From the NCBI GenBank assembly GCA_022530585.1, contig CP092821.1:1025509-1089508 (forward strand): DNA of 64,000 nt. Direction: 5' to 3'. A model generated the notes under the pieces. It made no database searches, was not told the DNA's origin, and saw only the letters and a list, made by a program, of their open reading frames with translations. A program made the position numbers and the translations under genes. The DNA is from Candidatus Nealsonbacteria bacterium DGGOD1a. GTDB lineage: Bacteria; Patescibacteriota; Minisyncoccia; Minisyncoccales; UBA5738. Shown here one piece after another: positions 40,218 through 48,858 of the stretch; positions within the stretch are counted from its first letter, which is position 1; every line of letters begins with the position of its first letter.

Positions 40218-41360
40218 TTACGATTTTTTGAAAATATGCACCGTCACGCTTCCCCCCGCGCCGCCAATGTTGTGCGTCAGGCCGATTTTGGCGTTTTTCA
40301 CTTGGCGTTCGCCGCAATTGCCGCGCAATTGGTTGGTAATTTCGTAAATTTGCGCCAAACCCGTGGCCGAGATCGGATGGCCCTTGGCTTTCAACCCGCC
40401 CGACGGATTGACCGGCATCGCGCCGCCCATATTTATTTTGCCTGAACGAATCAACTCCCCTCCTTTTCCGGGCGCGGCAAATCCCAAATCTTCATAGGAC
40501 AAAAGCTCCACCGAAGTGAACGCGTCGTGAATTTCGGCGACATCAATGTCGTCGGGCGACAAATCCGCCGCCGCGAACGCTTTTTTGGCGGCGATTTGCG
40601 TGGCGGCAAAATGCGTCATATCTTTTCTTTCAAAAGTCAAAATATAGTCCGTCGCGAATCCCGAACCGATAATTTCAATATCGGTTTTATCTTTGGAAAC
40701 GATCGCCGCCGCGCCGCCGTTAACCGACAGTGAACAATCCATCAAGCGCAACGGTTCGGCCACAACCGGGGAATCCTTGATCTTTTCCATGGTTACCGGC
40801 CGCTTATAGTAATACGCCTTAGGATTCAATACCGCGTTCTGGTGATTTTTGAACGCGATCAATTCCAAGTCTTCGTGCAAACCTCCGTATTTTTGGCAGT
40901 ATTGCTGGTAAACCAGCGCGTTTTGCGCCGGAAACAACAACCCCTCGGTTTGCTCAATCACCCGCTCGGCGGCGGACAATATCCAATCAGTGGTCACTTC
41001 GGCGCGGTTATCCACGAGTTTTTCGCCGGTCAACACCAAAATATTTTTAAACTCCTCATCGCGCAACAAGCGCAACGCCGTCCAAAACGCCGCGCCGCCG
41101 CCGCCGCAAACCGACGGCAATTCAATGATCGGCACATTGGTTTTAAACAATCCCGACAGCAAAGAAACCTTGTGCGTCTGGTGTTCCCCGCCCGCGGCGC
41201 TGGAAACCGCGGAAAATGCAATCGCGTCAATGCCGGACATATTCATCTTGGCGTCTTTTAAAGCGTCGATCGCCGCGTCATAAGCAAACGCCCACCAAGG
41301 CTTCTGCGTATAATCAAACCTCGTCATCCCCACCCCCTTGATATAAAATTTTGGATTCAT
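40218..41360 (-). CDS. Thiolase, archaeal/SCP-x-like type
   Basis: Catalytic Cys in PSVCGGGG; EIHDAF; NPSGGLKAKGHPISATG; HNIGG. Confidence 0.9.
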   Translation of the reverse strand: MNPKFYIKGVGMTRFDYTQKPWWAFAYDAAIDALKDAKMNMSGIDAIAFSAVSSAAGGEHQTHKVSLLSGLFKTNVPIIELPSVCGGGGAAFWTALRLLRDEEFKNILVLTGEKLVDNRAEVTTDWILSAAERVIEQTEGLLFPAQNALVYQQYCQKYGGLHEDLELIAFKNHQNAVLNPKAYYYKRPVTMEKIKDSPVVAEPLRLMDCSLSVNGGAAAIVSKDKTDIEIIGSGFATDYILTFERKDMTHFAATQIAAKKAFAAADLSPDDIDVAEIHDAFTSVELLSYEDLGFAAPGKGGELIRSGKINMGGAMPVNPSGGLKAKGHPISATGLAQIYEITNQLRGNCGERQVKNAKIGLTHNIGGAGGSVTVHIFKKS

Positions 41361-41728
41361 AATAATTTTTTCTGTTTTGCTTCTATTTTTTTCAAATCCT
41401 TTAAAATTATCTCTATTTGCTTCTTTAAAACCGGTAAATCATCTTTAATTATATTCCAAACTCTTTCAGCATTGATACCAAAATATTCATGGATCAACCT
41501 ATTTCTTAATCCACAAACATCCCTCCATGGTATCTCTGGATATTTTTTTCTAAACAATGTTGATGTATGGTTTGCCGCTTCACCGATTATTTCCAGTTTT
41601 CTGAAAATCGCGCTTTGCTTTTCGTCATTGTTCCAAAAATCTTTTTTACTGACCCCTTTCGTAAATTGCTCAACACTCTCAATACACTTCATTATGTCGA
41701 AAATGTAATTTTGTTGAGTTCTTTTCAT
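41357..41728 (-). CDS. HEPN (DUF86) toxin
   Basis: LEIIGEAA, PEIPW, LRNRLIHEYF. Confidence 0.9.
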   Translation of the reverse strand: MKRTQQNYIFDIMKCIESVEQFTKGVSKKDFWNNDEKQSAIFRKLEIIGEAANHTSTLFRKKYPEIPWRDVCGLRNRLIHEYFGINAERVWNIIKDDLPVLKKQIEIILKDLKKIEAKQKKLL

Positions 41729-41742
41729 GTCAAATCAAAAAA

Positions 41743-42024
41743 TTAAAAAACTGGTATCTGCTCTTTCATTATTTGATCCTTTAATAAGGGATGCAAACAT
41801 TCATACTCAACCAAATCAACTTTTCTTTTTAATTTTTCCTCGAGCTCGAATTCCAACCGGATAAAACCAAGCAAGCTCATCTTTTCCGGAACTTCCACCA
41901 AAATATCGATGTCGCTGTTTTTCTTTTCTTCCCCTCGCGCGAACGAACCGAAAACCGCGGCTTTTTTGACCCCGTTTCTTTTCAGAATTTCAACAATTTT
42001 TTCCCGAGTTCGCTTGTTTATCAT
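41743..42024 (-). CDS. Minimal nucleotidyltransferase antitoxin
   Basis: VFGSFARGE...SDIDILV...KVDLV. Confidence 0.9.
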   Translation of the reverse strand: MINKRTREKIVEILKRNGVKKAAVFGSFARGEEKKNSDIDILVEVPEKMSLLGFIRLEFELEEKLKRKVDLVEYECLHPLLKDQIMKEQIPVF

Positions 42025-42148
42025 ATGCCATTATCCTATCCAAAAACCGCCAAATTGGCAAATCAAGCTTTTTATGTTATCGTAAACCCGTTGAAATTCA
42101 ATTTGATAATTGAAAATTGAAAATTGCCCCGCTTCAACGGGGCGTCCC

Positions 42149-42221
42149 GCCCCCGTAGTTTAATGGATAAAATACAAGGTTGCGGACCTTGAGACTACAG
42201 GTTCGATTCCTGTCGGGGGCA
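42149..42221 (+). tRNA. tRNA-Arg(GCG), integration site
   Basis: GCCCCCG TAGTTTAATGGATAAAAT A CAAGG TT GCG GA CCTTG ... ACAGG TTCGATT CCTGT CGGGGGC A. Confidence 0.92.
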
Positions 42222-43716
42222 CAAGAATCAAATTTTCGGGTAAAAGCCCGATTTTTTGTTGCGCGGCGGCTAACGCCGCCCATTCATTTCGGGGCTCCCC
42301 GCTGATTTTTTTGGCGGAAAGCGAGAGGTTCGAGCCGAAGATTTTTTTGGCGGATGATTTTTTGGCGGAAAGATCGGAATTTTCGGCGATTTCCCGCATA
42401 TTTTGAGCGTCTTTTAACCATTGGCGGAGAGGTTCGAGCCAATTATTGCCGCCCTTCTCGATTTCGATGATTTTTTCCTCCAGCGTTCTTTTGGCGGAAA
42501 TAAGCTTGGCTTTTTCTGCGCGGTAGGTTTCCCGCTCGATGTCCTGTTCAAGGTAAGCGTCCAAAAGCCGCTGGATTTTGATTTTCAGATTTTCCAGTTC
42601 CGCCCGCGATTTTTCAATGAAGCTGGCCGAAGATTGGGCCAGCTTCCGCTCGTCTCCGTTTGCCATTGCAAACAGCCGCTTTGCCCAGTTTTCGGACAAA
42701 GCGAATTTTTCAATTTCTTGCGACAGCTGGCGGTCGAGTTCTTCTTCCCTGATAAACGGTTCGGAGCATTTGACGGATTTTCTTTTTCTGGTGCAGCGGT
42801 AATAGACATATTCGTGGGTGTTGCCGTTTTTCTGGTGTTTGGTTTTTCTTTCGGCGGTGATCGCCATTCCGCAAGTGCCGCACCGGATCAAGCCGCAAAA
42901 CGGCCGGGGGTCGTTTTGGGGCTGGCGATGGATATGCGTCCTTTGTTGCAATACTTCCTGCACTTTGTCGAAAAGCTTCTTCGGGATAATCTGCTCGTGT
43001 TTGCCTTCGTGAAGTTCGCCGGAATAGCGGAACAATCCGCAATAGAACGGATTGGAAAGGATAAACGATACCCTCGAAAGGTGGAGAGGTTTCTTGCTTT
43101 TGGCGGTTATGCCGTTTTCGGCGAAAAAGGCGGCAATGTCTTCAAGGCGTTGGTCGCCTTGGGAATACATCTCAAAAGCCTGCCGCACTATCTTTGATCT
43201 TTTCCGGTCAACGACAACCTTTTTTATCCGCACATCGTTTAAATAGCCCAATGGCGCGATGCCCGGATAATCGCCGCGCCGCACTTTTTCACGCTGGCCG
43301 CGCTTGGTATTCGCGCTTAAATCCAAAATGTATTGGTTGGCCATTCCAAACTCTACGCTCATCATCAATACATTATCGGCGGGGAGATAGCCGCGGTCGT
43401 TGGTTTGGATGTGCTGGATGATTCCTCTTTGCAAAAACCAGCTTATCTGCCCGCCGTCAATCGGATTGCGGGCCAGCCGGTCAAGCTTCCAGCAGATTAT
43501 GCCTTGCGCTTCGCCCTTTTCAATCCGCGCCAGCATATCGGAAAATATCGGTCGGCCCGGAACCTTAGCTGATTGTTTTTCAACAAAGGTTTCAACGATA
43601 TGCAGGTTTTCCCGTTTGGCAAAAGCGCGCAACTCGGAAAGCTGCGCGGCGATGGATAAAACCTGCCGGTCTTCGGTATCGGTGGATTTGCGGGCGTATA
43701 GGAAATAATTAAACAT
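42160..43716 (-). CDS. Large serine recombinase (resolvase, recombinase, Zn-ribbon and coiled-coil domains)
   Basis: YARKSTD, LDRLAR, APLGY, CGTCG, YYRC; the last ~20 codons run antisense through the tRNA. Confidence 0.95.
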   Translation of the reverse strand: MFNYFLYARKSTDTEDRQVLSIAAQLSELRAFAKRENLHIVETFVEKQSAKVPGRPIFSDMLARIEKGEAQGIICWKLDRLARNPIDGGQISWFLQRGIIQHIQTNDRGYLPADNVLMMSVEFGMANQYILDLSANTKRGQREKVRRGDYPGIAPLGYLNDVRIKKVVVDRKRSKIVRQAFEMYSQGDQRLEDIAAFFAENGITAKSKKPLHLSRVSFILSNPFYCGLFRYSGELHEGKHEQIIPKKLFDKVQEVLQQRTHIHRQPQNDPRPFCGLIRCGTCGMAITAERKTKHQKNGNTHEYVYYRCTRKRKSVKCSEPFIREEELDRQLSQEIEKFALSENWAKRLFAMANGDERKLAQSSASFIEKSRAELENLKIKIQRLLDAYLEQDIERETYRAEKAKLISAKRTLEEKIIEIEKGGNNWLEPLRQWLKDAQNMREIAENSDLSAKKSSAKKIFGSNLSLSAKKISGEPRNEWAALAAAQQKIGLLPENLILVPPTGIEPVVSRSATLYFIH

Positions 43717-43772
43717 GGTGCTATAATTATTGTAATTTATCTGTAATTTATTATATATAAAATTTTATAAGT

Positions 43773-43982
43773 ATGTCAAAAGAATCGTCAATTATTGGAA
43801 AAGCTATCCGAAAATATAGACAAGAAAAGAATATGTCGCAGGAAGCTTTGGCGCGGGCGGCCAATTTATCCCTTCCTACCGTGGTTAAGATTGAATCCGG
43901 GGAAACGCCGAATCCAGGTATCGAAACAGTGAAAAAAATTGCGGACGCACTTAGCGTGCTACTTGATGATTTAATGAAATAA
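43773..43982 (+). CDS. XRE-family HTH regulator
   Basis: MSQEALARAANLSLPTVVKIESG; divergent from the recombinase. Confidence 0.9.
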   Translation: MSKESSIIGKAIRKYRQEKNMSQEALARAANLSLPTVVKIESGETPNPGIETVKKIADALSVLLDDLMK

Positions 43983-43986
43983 AATT

Positions 43987-44451
43987 ATGGATAAAAAAAT
44001 AGTCAGAGAAAAATTAAGTTTGCTTAGAGGAACTATTATTTCAGACGCAACTGTGATAGAGAGAGCACTTGGCTGGAAATTAAGAGTATATTTTTTCCCA
44101 AAAACCAATCAACAAGCCGCTGATTTTCTTTATTATATTATAGAAACATCCCACTTCAGTTTTGATAAAAAAATTTCACTTTATGAACAAATTCCATATT
44201 TTAAGAAATTAAAACAATACTCAAAAATAAAAACCTCTTTGAGGTTTGTTCAACAATTAAGAAACGCGTTAGCTCATTGGGATTTAGATGAAAAAATGAG
44301 CAACGAGAATGAAATTATAATTTATAATCCGAACACTTTTAAAAAAATAAAACTAAATGATGAGATAATGGAGAAATTTCAAGAACACGAAAAAATTATT
44401 TTGAAAGCGTTTGGTTGGACGCAAACTTTTAAAGAAAAATATGGAAAATAA
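43987..44451 (+). CDS. Hypothetical protein with a HEPN-like Rx4H motif
   Basis: LRNALAHW; LRG.II...IE N-terminal helix. Confidence 0.55.
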   Translation: MDKKIVREKLSLLRGTIISDATVIERALGWKLRVYFFPKTNQQAADFLYYIIETSHFSFDKKISLYEQIPYFKKLKQYSKIKTSLRFVQQLRNALAHWDLDEKMSNENEIIIYNPNTFKKIKLNDEIMEKFQEHEKIILKAFGWTQTFKEKYGK

Positions 44452-44845
44452 ACAAAAACATCTCGAATTTATACAAGGAATCATTGCCAGAATGGCTGGT
44501 AATTTATTTTTCCTAAGGGGTTGGACGATTACTTTGATAGGTGCATTGCTCGCGTTATTTTCAAAAAACAATAGTCCTGATTATGTTTTTTATTTTCTTA
44601 TAGTTGTTGTCCTTATTTTTTGGATTTTGGATGGATATTTTCTTTCACAAGAAAGATCGTACCGTGATTTATACAATTATGTTAGAAAATTAAAAGAGGA
44701 AGAAATCGATTTTTCAATGGAAATTAGCGAATATCAAAAATACAAGAAAAACACTTTGATTTATTCAATGTTTTCTTCAACTCTTTTAATTTTCTATCTA
44801 CCGCTTGTCGGAGCGGCAATCTATATTTTATTTAAAATAAAGTAA
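44441..44845 (+). CDS. Small multi-TM protein (candidate defence effector)
   Basis: MENKQKHLEFIQGIIARMAGNLFFLRGWTITL...FWILDGYFLSQERSYR; ~3 TM helices. Confidence 0.7.
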   Translation: MENKQKHLEFIQGIIARMAGNLFFLRGWTITLIGALLALFSKNNSPDYVFYFLIVVVLIFWILDGYFLSQERSYRDLYNYVRKLKEEEIDFSMEISEYQKYKKNTLIYSMFSSTLLIFYLPLVGAAIYILFKIK

Positions 44846-44849
44846 AAAT

Positions 44850-45353
44850 ATGGCAACAAAAAGACAAGTTTTTTATAGTTTTCATTACAAGCCAGATTGT
44901 TGGCGTGCTTCAATGGTGCGCAACATTGGTGCTATTGAAGGAAATAAGCCAGCTACTGATAATGATTGGGAAACAATCACAAGCCGAGGAGATGAAGCAA
45001 TAAAGAAATGGATAAAAGATCAGATGCAGTATCGTTCATGTACGGTTGTCCTTGTCGGTAATAAAACTGCCAATAGGAAATGGATAAATTATGAAATAGT
45101 GAGGTCGTGGGATGCAGGAATGGGTGTTGTTGGTATATATATTCACGGATTGAAAAATAGCCAAGAATTAATTTCTGAAAAAGGAGATAATCCTTTTGAT
45201 TATATAACCCACGGAAAAACCAAGAAAAAATTGTCTACGATTGTAAAATGTTACAATCCATCAGGAACCAATAGCAAAGAAAGATACGATTGGATTTCCC
45301 GAAATATAGCAAATGCAGTTGAAGAAGCAATAAAGATTAGGGATAATAATTAA
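44850..45353 (+). CDS. TIR-domain protein (ThsB/DUF1863-like)
   Basis: RQVFYSFHY..D.WR, SCTVVLVG, RKWINYEI (catalytic Glu). Confidence 0.85.
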   Translation: MATKRQVFYSFHYKPDCWRASMVRNIGAIEGNKPATDNDWETITSRGDEAIKKWIKDQMQYRSCTVVLVGNKTANRKWINYEIVRSWDAGMGVVGIYIHGLKNSQELISEKGDNPFDYITHGKTKKKLSTIVKCYNPSGTNSKERYDWISRNIANAVEEAIKIRDNN

Positions 45354-45395
45354 CCTTGTATATTTAGAAAAACTACATACATAACTGATTTTTAA

Positions 45396-45753
45396 TTCCG
45401 CCAAAAAATCATCTGCCAAAAAATCTTCGGCATTTCGTTCTCGATCTTTTCGCTTTCCGCCAAAAAAATCAGCGGGGAGCCCCGAAATGAATGGGCGGCG
45501 TTAGCCGCCGCGCAACAAAAAATCGGGCTTTTACCCGAAAATTTGATTCTTGTGAATCTTTATGATTCAGCTCGAACTTACTTTAGCAAAAATTGTTGAC
45601 TTTGGACAGGGTGAGGGGGCGGGTTATGCCCCCGACTAAGCTTCGCTTGCCCCTCCAAACTGCTGTTTTCCGGGGCGGCGCTCGCAAAGGGGCAGCCGGG
45701 CCCGAATCGGGGCTTGGCCAACGCATTTTAGCCGCAAGGTGGGGGGTAAAAGG
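45396..45753 (+). repeat. Internal inverted copy of the element's attP region
   Basis: 45396-45554 is the reverse complement of 42220-42370; 45550-45753 is the reverse complement of 54167-54369 (2 substitutions, 1 indel); core GATTC-TTGT-GAATC. Confidence 0.9.
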
Positions 45754-45919
45754 GGGTATTTCGCATAAAAAAATATAAATCGAAGCCAGCAGGCTTCGCA
45801 AATTTTGATAATTTGATCGTTTTTTTGTTTCGGATTAAAACATCAAATAATATGGACAAAAATTTCCATTCGAATTAATATTCTTTCTAGAATATTTAAA
45901 ACAGAGGAGGTGAAAAGAC

Positions 45920-46012
45920 ATGGAGCTTAATCCGTTGCTTATTGTTGCAATAATTATAATAATTATTGCGGGATACGCGATCGGTGAGTTGAAAAAGAGA
46001 GAATATTTATAG
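45920..46012 (+). CDS. 30-aa single-TM peptide
   Basis: GAGGAGGTGA Shine-Dalgarno; MELNPLLIVAIIIIIIAGYAIGELKKREYL; followed by the GCCAGC..GCTGGC-TTTTT terminator. Confidence 0.6.
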   Translation: MELNPLLIVAIIIIIIAGYAIGELKKREYL

Positions 46013-46076
46013 ACCTTGCCAGCATTTCAAAGCTGGCTTTTTGTTTTAAAAATTTACTTATTGCGCGATTAAATCC

Positions 46077-46130
46077 TTGACACAGATTTATTGATTTGAT
46101 AAATTCTAAATTAGCTTACCGCTCGGTAAG
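46077..46130 (+). promoter_or_regulatory. Sigma70 promoter and palindromic TetR-type operator
   Basis: TTGACA (46077)-17 nt-TAAATT with an extended TG; CTTACCG-ct-CGGTAAG at 46115-46130. Confidence 0.65.
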
Positions 46131-46132
46131 TA

Positions 46133-46744
46133 ATGACATTTATTAAAACTATGGAAACAATTACAGTCCGATCCGAAGGTGTCGTTGGCGATACCAAAAA
46201 ATATATCATCGGCACGGCTCGACGTCTTTTTTCAAAATACAGTTATTTAGGTGTTTCGATGAGCGATATCGCTAAAAAACTCAATTTTACTAAGGCCGCG
46301 CTTTATTATCATTTTACCGGCAAAGCCGAAATTTACGGGAATGTTCTTGATGAGGTTTTTAGTGATTTAAATTCGCTGATCCTTCAGGCGTTAAACGAAA
46401 AAACGGATGATAAAAAATTGCGCCGGGTAATCACAAGCTATCTTGTTTTTGGCTTGAAAGAAAAAAACCTTGTTAAAGCGCTGGTGTTGAAATTATCACC
46501 CAAGGAACGCGATACAACCGAGCACATCGCCCGTTTAAGAGAAAGGGTCGCTGGCTTGATTGAGCCTATAGTCAAAGAGGCTTTAGTGGACAAAAAATTG
46601 GCGGAAAAAACCGACAGCAAACTTTTGACATCCCTGCTTACCTGCATGATGGACGGGCTGCTTTTGGAATGTTCGTTTCTTGATAAAAAAATCGATCCGG
46701 AAAAAGTATCGGATCAAATAATCAAAATATTATTCCAAAACTAG
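46133..46744 (+). CDS. TetR/AcrR-family regulator
   Basis: VSMSDIAKKLNFTKAALYYHFTGK. Confidence 0.92.
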   Translation: MTFIKTMETITVRSEGVVGDTKKYIIGTARRLFSKYSYLGVSMSDIAKKLNFTKAALYYHFTGKAEIYGNVLDEVFSDLNSLILQALNEKTDDKKLRRVITSYLVFGLKEKNLVKALVLKLSPKERDTTEHIARLRERVAGLIEPIVKEALVDKKLAEKTDSKLLTSLLTCMMDGLLLECSFLDKKIDPEKVSDQIIKILFQN

Positions 46745-46759
46745 CGCCGGTAAATTTAT

Positions 46760-47455
46760 ATGTTAAGCATCGTTATTCCCACGTTCAACGAAGAAAAATA
46801 CCTCCCGCGCCTTCTAAAATCAATCGAAAGACAAACCTTTAGGGATTATGAAGTGATTGTCGCCGACAACGATTCAAGCGACTCCACGCGGGCAATTGCG
46901 AAAAGCTTCGGAGCGAAAATTGTTTCCGGCGGAATGCCCGGTCGGGGTCGCAATCAGGGAGCGAAAGCTGCCCGCGGCGAGTGGCTTTTATTTTTGGACG
47001 CTGATGTAGTATTGCCGCCCGATTTCTTGGGAAGAGCCATGACGGAAATCAAAAACAGCGATTTTTCCGTGGCAACATGTTTGATCGATCCGTTAAGCGA
47101 TCGGCGAATCGACAAATTGTTGCATGGTTCGGTGAATCTGTATATGCGGGCGACTAGAAAATTTTTTGCCCACGCGCCGGGATTTTGCATATTTTGCGAA
47201 ATGAAAATCCATCGAAAGTCGGGCGGATTTAACGAAAAAATAAAACTCGGCGAAGACATTGATTATGTCCACCGCCTGAGCAAAATCGCCAAGTTCGGTC
47301 TGCTCCGCAATGTATGTATTCCCGTGTCGGTGCGAAGGCTTGACGAAGACGGCCGGTTCAAAATCGTTGTCAAATACGTTGCCGCCGAAGTACATCTTAT
47401 CTTTTTTGGGCCGATATATTCCGATAAGTTTCATTACACATTCGGCCATCGCTAA
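46760..47455 (+). CDS. GT2 glycosyltransferase
   Basis: SIVIPTFNEE, DNDSSD, LFLDAD, GED, VSVRR. Confidence 0.9.
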   Translation: MLSIVIPTFNEEKYLPRLLKSIERQTFRDYEVIVADNDSSDSTRAIAKSFGAKIVSGGMPGRGRNQGAKAARGEWLLFLDADVVLPPDFLGRAMTEIKNSDFSVATCLIDPLSDRRIDKLLHGSVNLYMRATRKFFAHAPGFCIFCEMKIHRKSGGFNEKIKLGEDIDYVHRLSKIAKFGLLRNVCIPVSVRRLDEDGRFKIVVKYVAAEVHLIFFGPIYSDKFHYTFGHR

Positions 47456-47500
47456 AATTACGCTTTAAGGACAATTTCAAAAATAACCAAAAATAAAATT

Positions 47501-48835
47501 ATGCCAATGCAAATCAAGAATAACCTTAAGAAAGAAGCAGCTTTGGAAATCTTTCGTATTTTGTCGAAAAGTTCCGATGAAAACATAATCAGATTTGCTG
47601 CCATGGCAGAAACGCTCGCATCCCCGAATTACAAACCGATGATCGGAGCGGTCAGGGATATGTATGAGAAAAAGGGATCGGCCTTGGTTTTGACCAAAAG
47701 GATAATTCACGATGTGGATAAAAGATGCCAGGAAAAATTCCTGGAAAATTTCGTTTTGCCGGAACTACTGGAAAGGCTGGATAAAAGGGAAAAATCATTG
47801 ATTCAGAGATCGGCCGCCCTTTTCACGCTTTTGATTTCCCCCTCAATGAGGTGCACTTTGCATTGCAAGGGATGTTACGCCGAGAATTACAAGAAAGAGG
47901 ACGATCTTCCTTTTAATGTTTTGGACAGGGTTGTTAGTGAGGCCGAAGAAATGGGCGTGGCGTATTTTACCATTTTGGGCGGCGAACCGTTTATTCGGGA
48001 AGATCTTTTCGATCTTTACAAAAAGCATTCGGATTCTTATTTCGTTCCCTACACTAACGGCACGGTGATTACCGATAAAATTGCAAGAAGGTTACTTGAA
48101 GTTGGCAATGTCATGCCGCAATTCAGCGTCGAGGGATTCGAGGAAGATACGGATTTTAGAAGAGGCAAGGGTACTTTCCAAAAAGTAATGCAAGCGATGG
48201 ATATTTTAAAAAAGAATAAAGTTCCATTCGGTTATTCGGTCTGTGTAACTAAGAAAAACGCGGAAGTCGTTATGTCCGACAAATTCGTCGATCTGATGGT
48301 AGATAAGGGAGCGTTAATGGGCTGGTATTTCCTTTACATGCCAGTTTGTGGCGATAAAAACACAGAATTGATGCCGACGCCCGATCAAAGGAATCGTCAA
48401 AGAATCCGCCGTGATTACATCCGGGCCAATAAACCTCTGTTCATAATCGATTTTTGGAACGACGCGCCTTATGTTGGAGGTTGCATTGCCGCAAAGCATT
48501 ATTCCCATGTAACCAATTTCGGCGATGTCGAACCGTGTATTTTTACTCATTTCGCGCAAGCGAATATAAAAAATGTTTCCTTGAAGGACGCGATGGACTG
48601 TGATTTCTTTAAAGAAATAAGAAAACGCCAACCATACAGCCCGAATCTTTTAACGCCCTGTATGTTGATAGACAACCCGCAAGTCAGCCGGGAACTTTGT
48701 CAAACTTGCAAAGTTCGACCAACGCATCCAGGAGCCCAGACCTTAATGAACGAGTTAAAGGGCGACATTGACAGATACTCAATCCAAGTGCACCAGATTT
48801 TTGACAAAATTTGGGAAGATGAACATAAAAAATAG
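47501..48835 (+). CDS. Radical SAM protein with a SPASM/twitch-like C-terminus
   Basis: CTLHCKGC, GGEP, YTNG, DFWND..VGGCIA, GDVEPC. Confidence 0.9.
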   Translation: MPMQIKNNLKKEAALEIFRILSKSSDENIIRFAAMAETLASPNYKPMIGAVRDMYEKKGSALVLTKRIIHDVDKRCQEKFLENFVLPELLERLDKREKSLIQRSAALFTLLISPSMRCTLHCKGCYAENYKKEDDLPFNVLDRVVSEAEEMGVAYFTILGGEPFIREDLFDLYKKHSDSYFVPYTNGTVITDKIARRLLEVGNVMPQFSVEGFEEDTDFRRGKGTFQKVMQAMDILKKNKVPFGYSVCVTKKNAEVVMSDKFVDLMVDKGALMGWYFLYMPVCGDKNTELMPTPDQRNRQRIRRDYIRANKPLFIIDFWNDAPYVGGCIAAKHYSHVTNFGDVEPCIFTHFAQANIKNVSLKDAMDCDFFKEIRKRQPYSPNLLTPCMLIDNPQVSRELCQTCKVRPTHPGAQTLMNELKGDIDRYSIQVHQIFDKIWEDEHKK

Positions 48836-48858
48836 TAATAAAATTACGTTATGCAGTT

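Noticed and set aside
45396..45753. Assembly artefact as the origin of the internal attP
   Set aside because: The copies differ by substitutions and indels in both arms; an artefact is disfavoured but needs reads to exclude.
45583..45801. ORFs 45583-45801 and 54127-54336 as duplicated genes
   Set aside because: They are translations of the att-arm inverted repeat.
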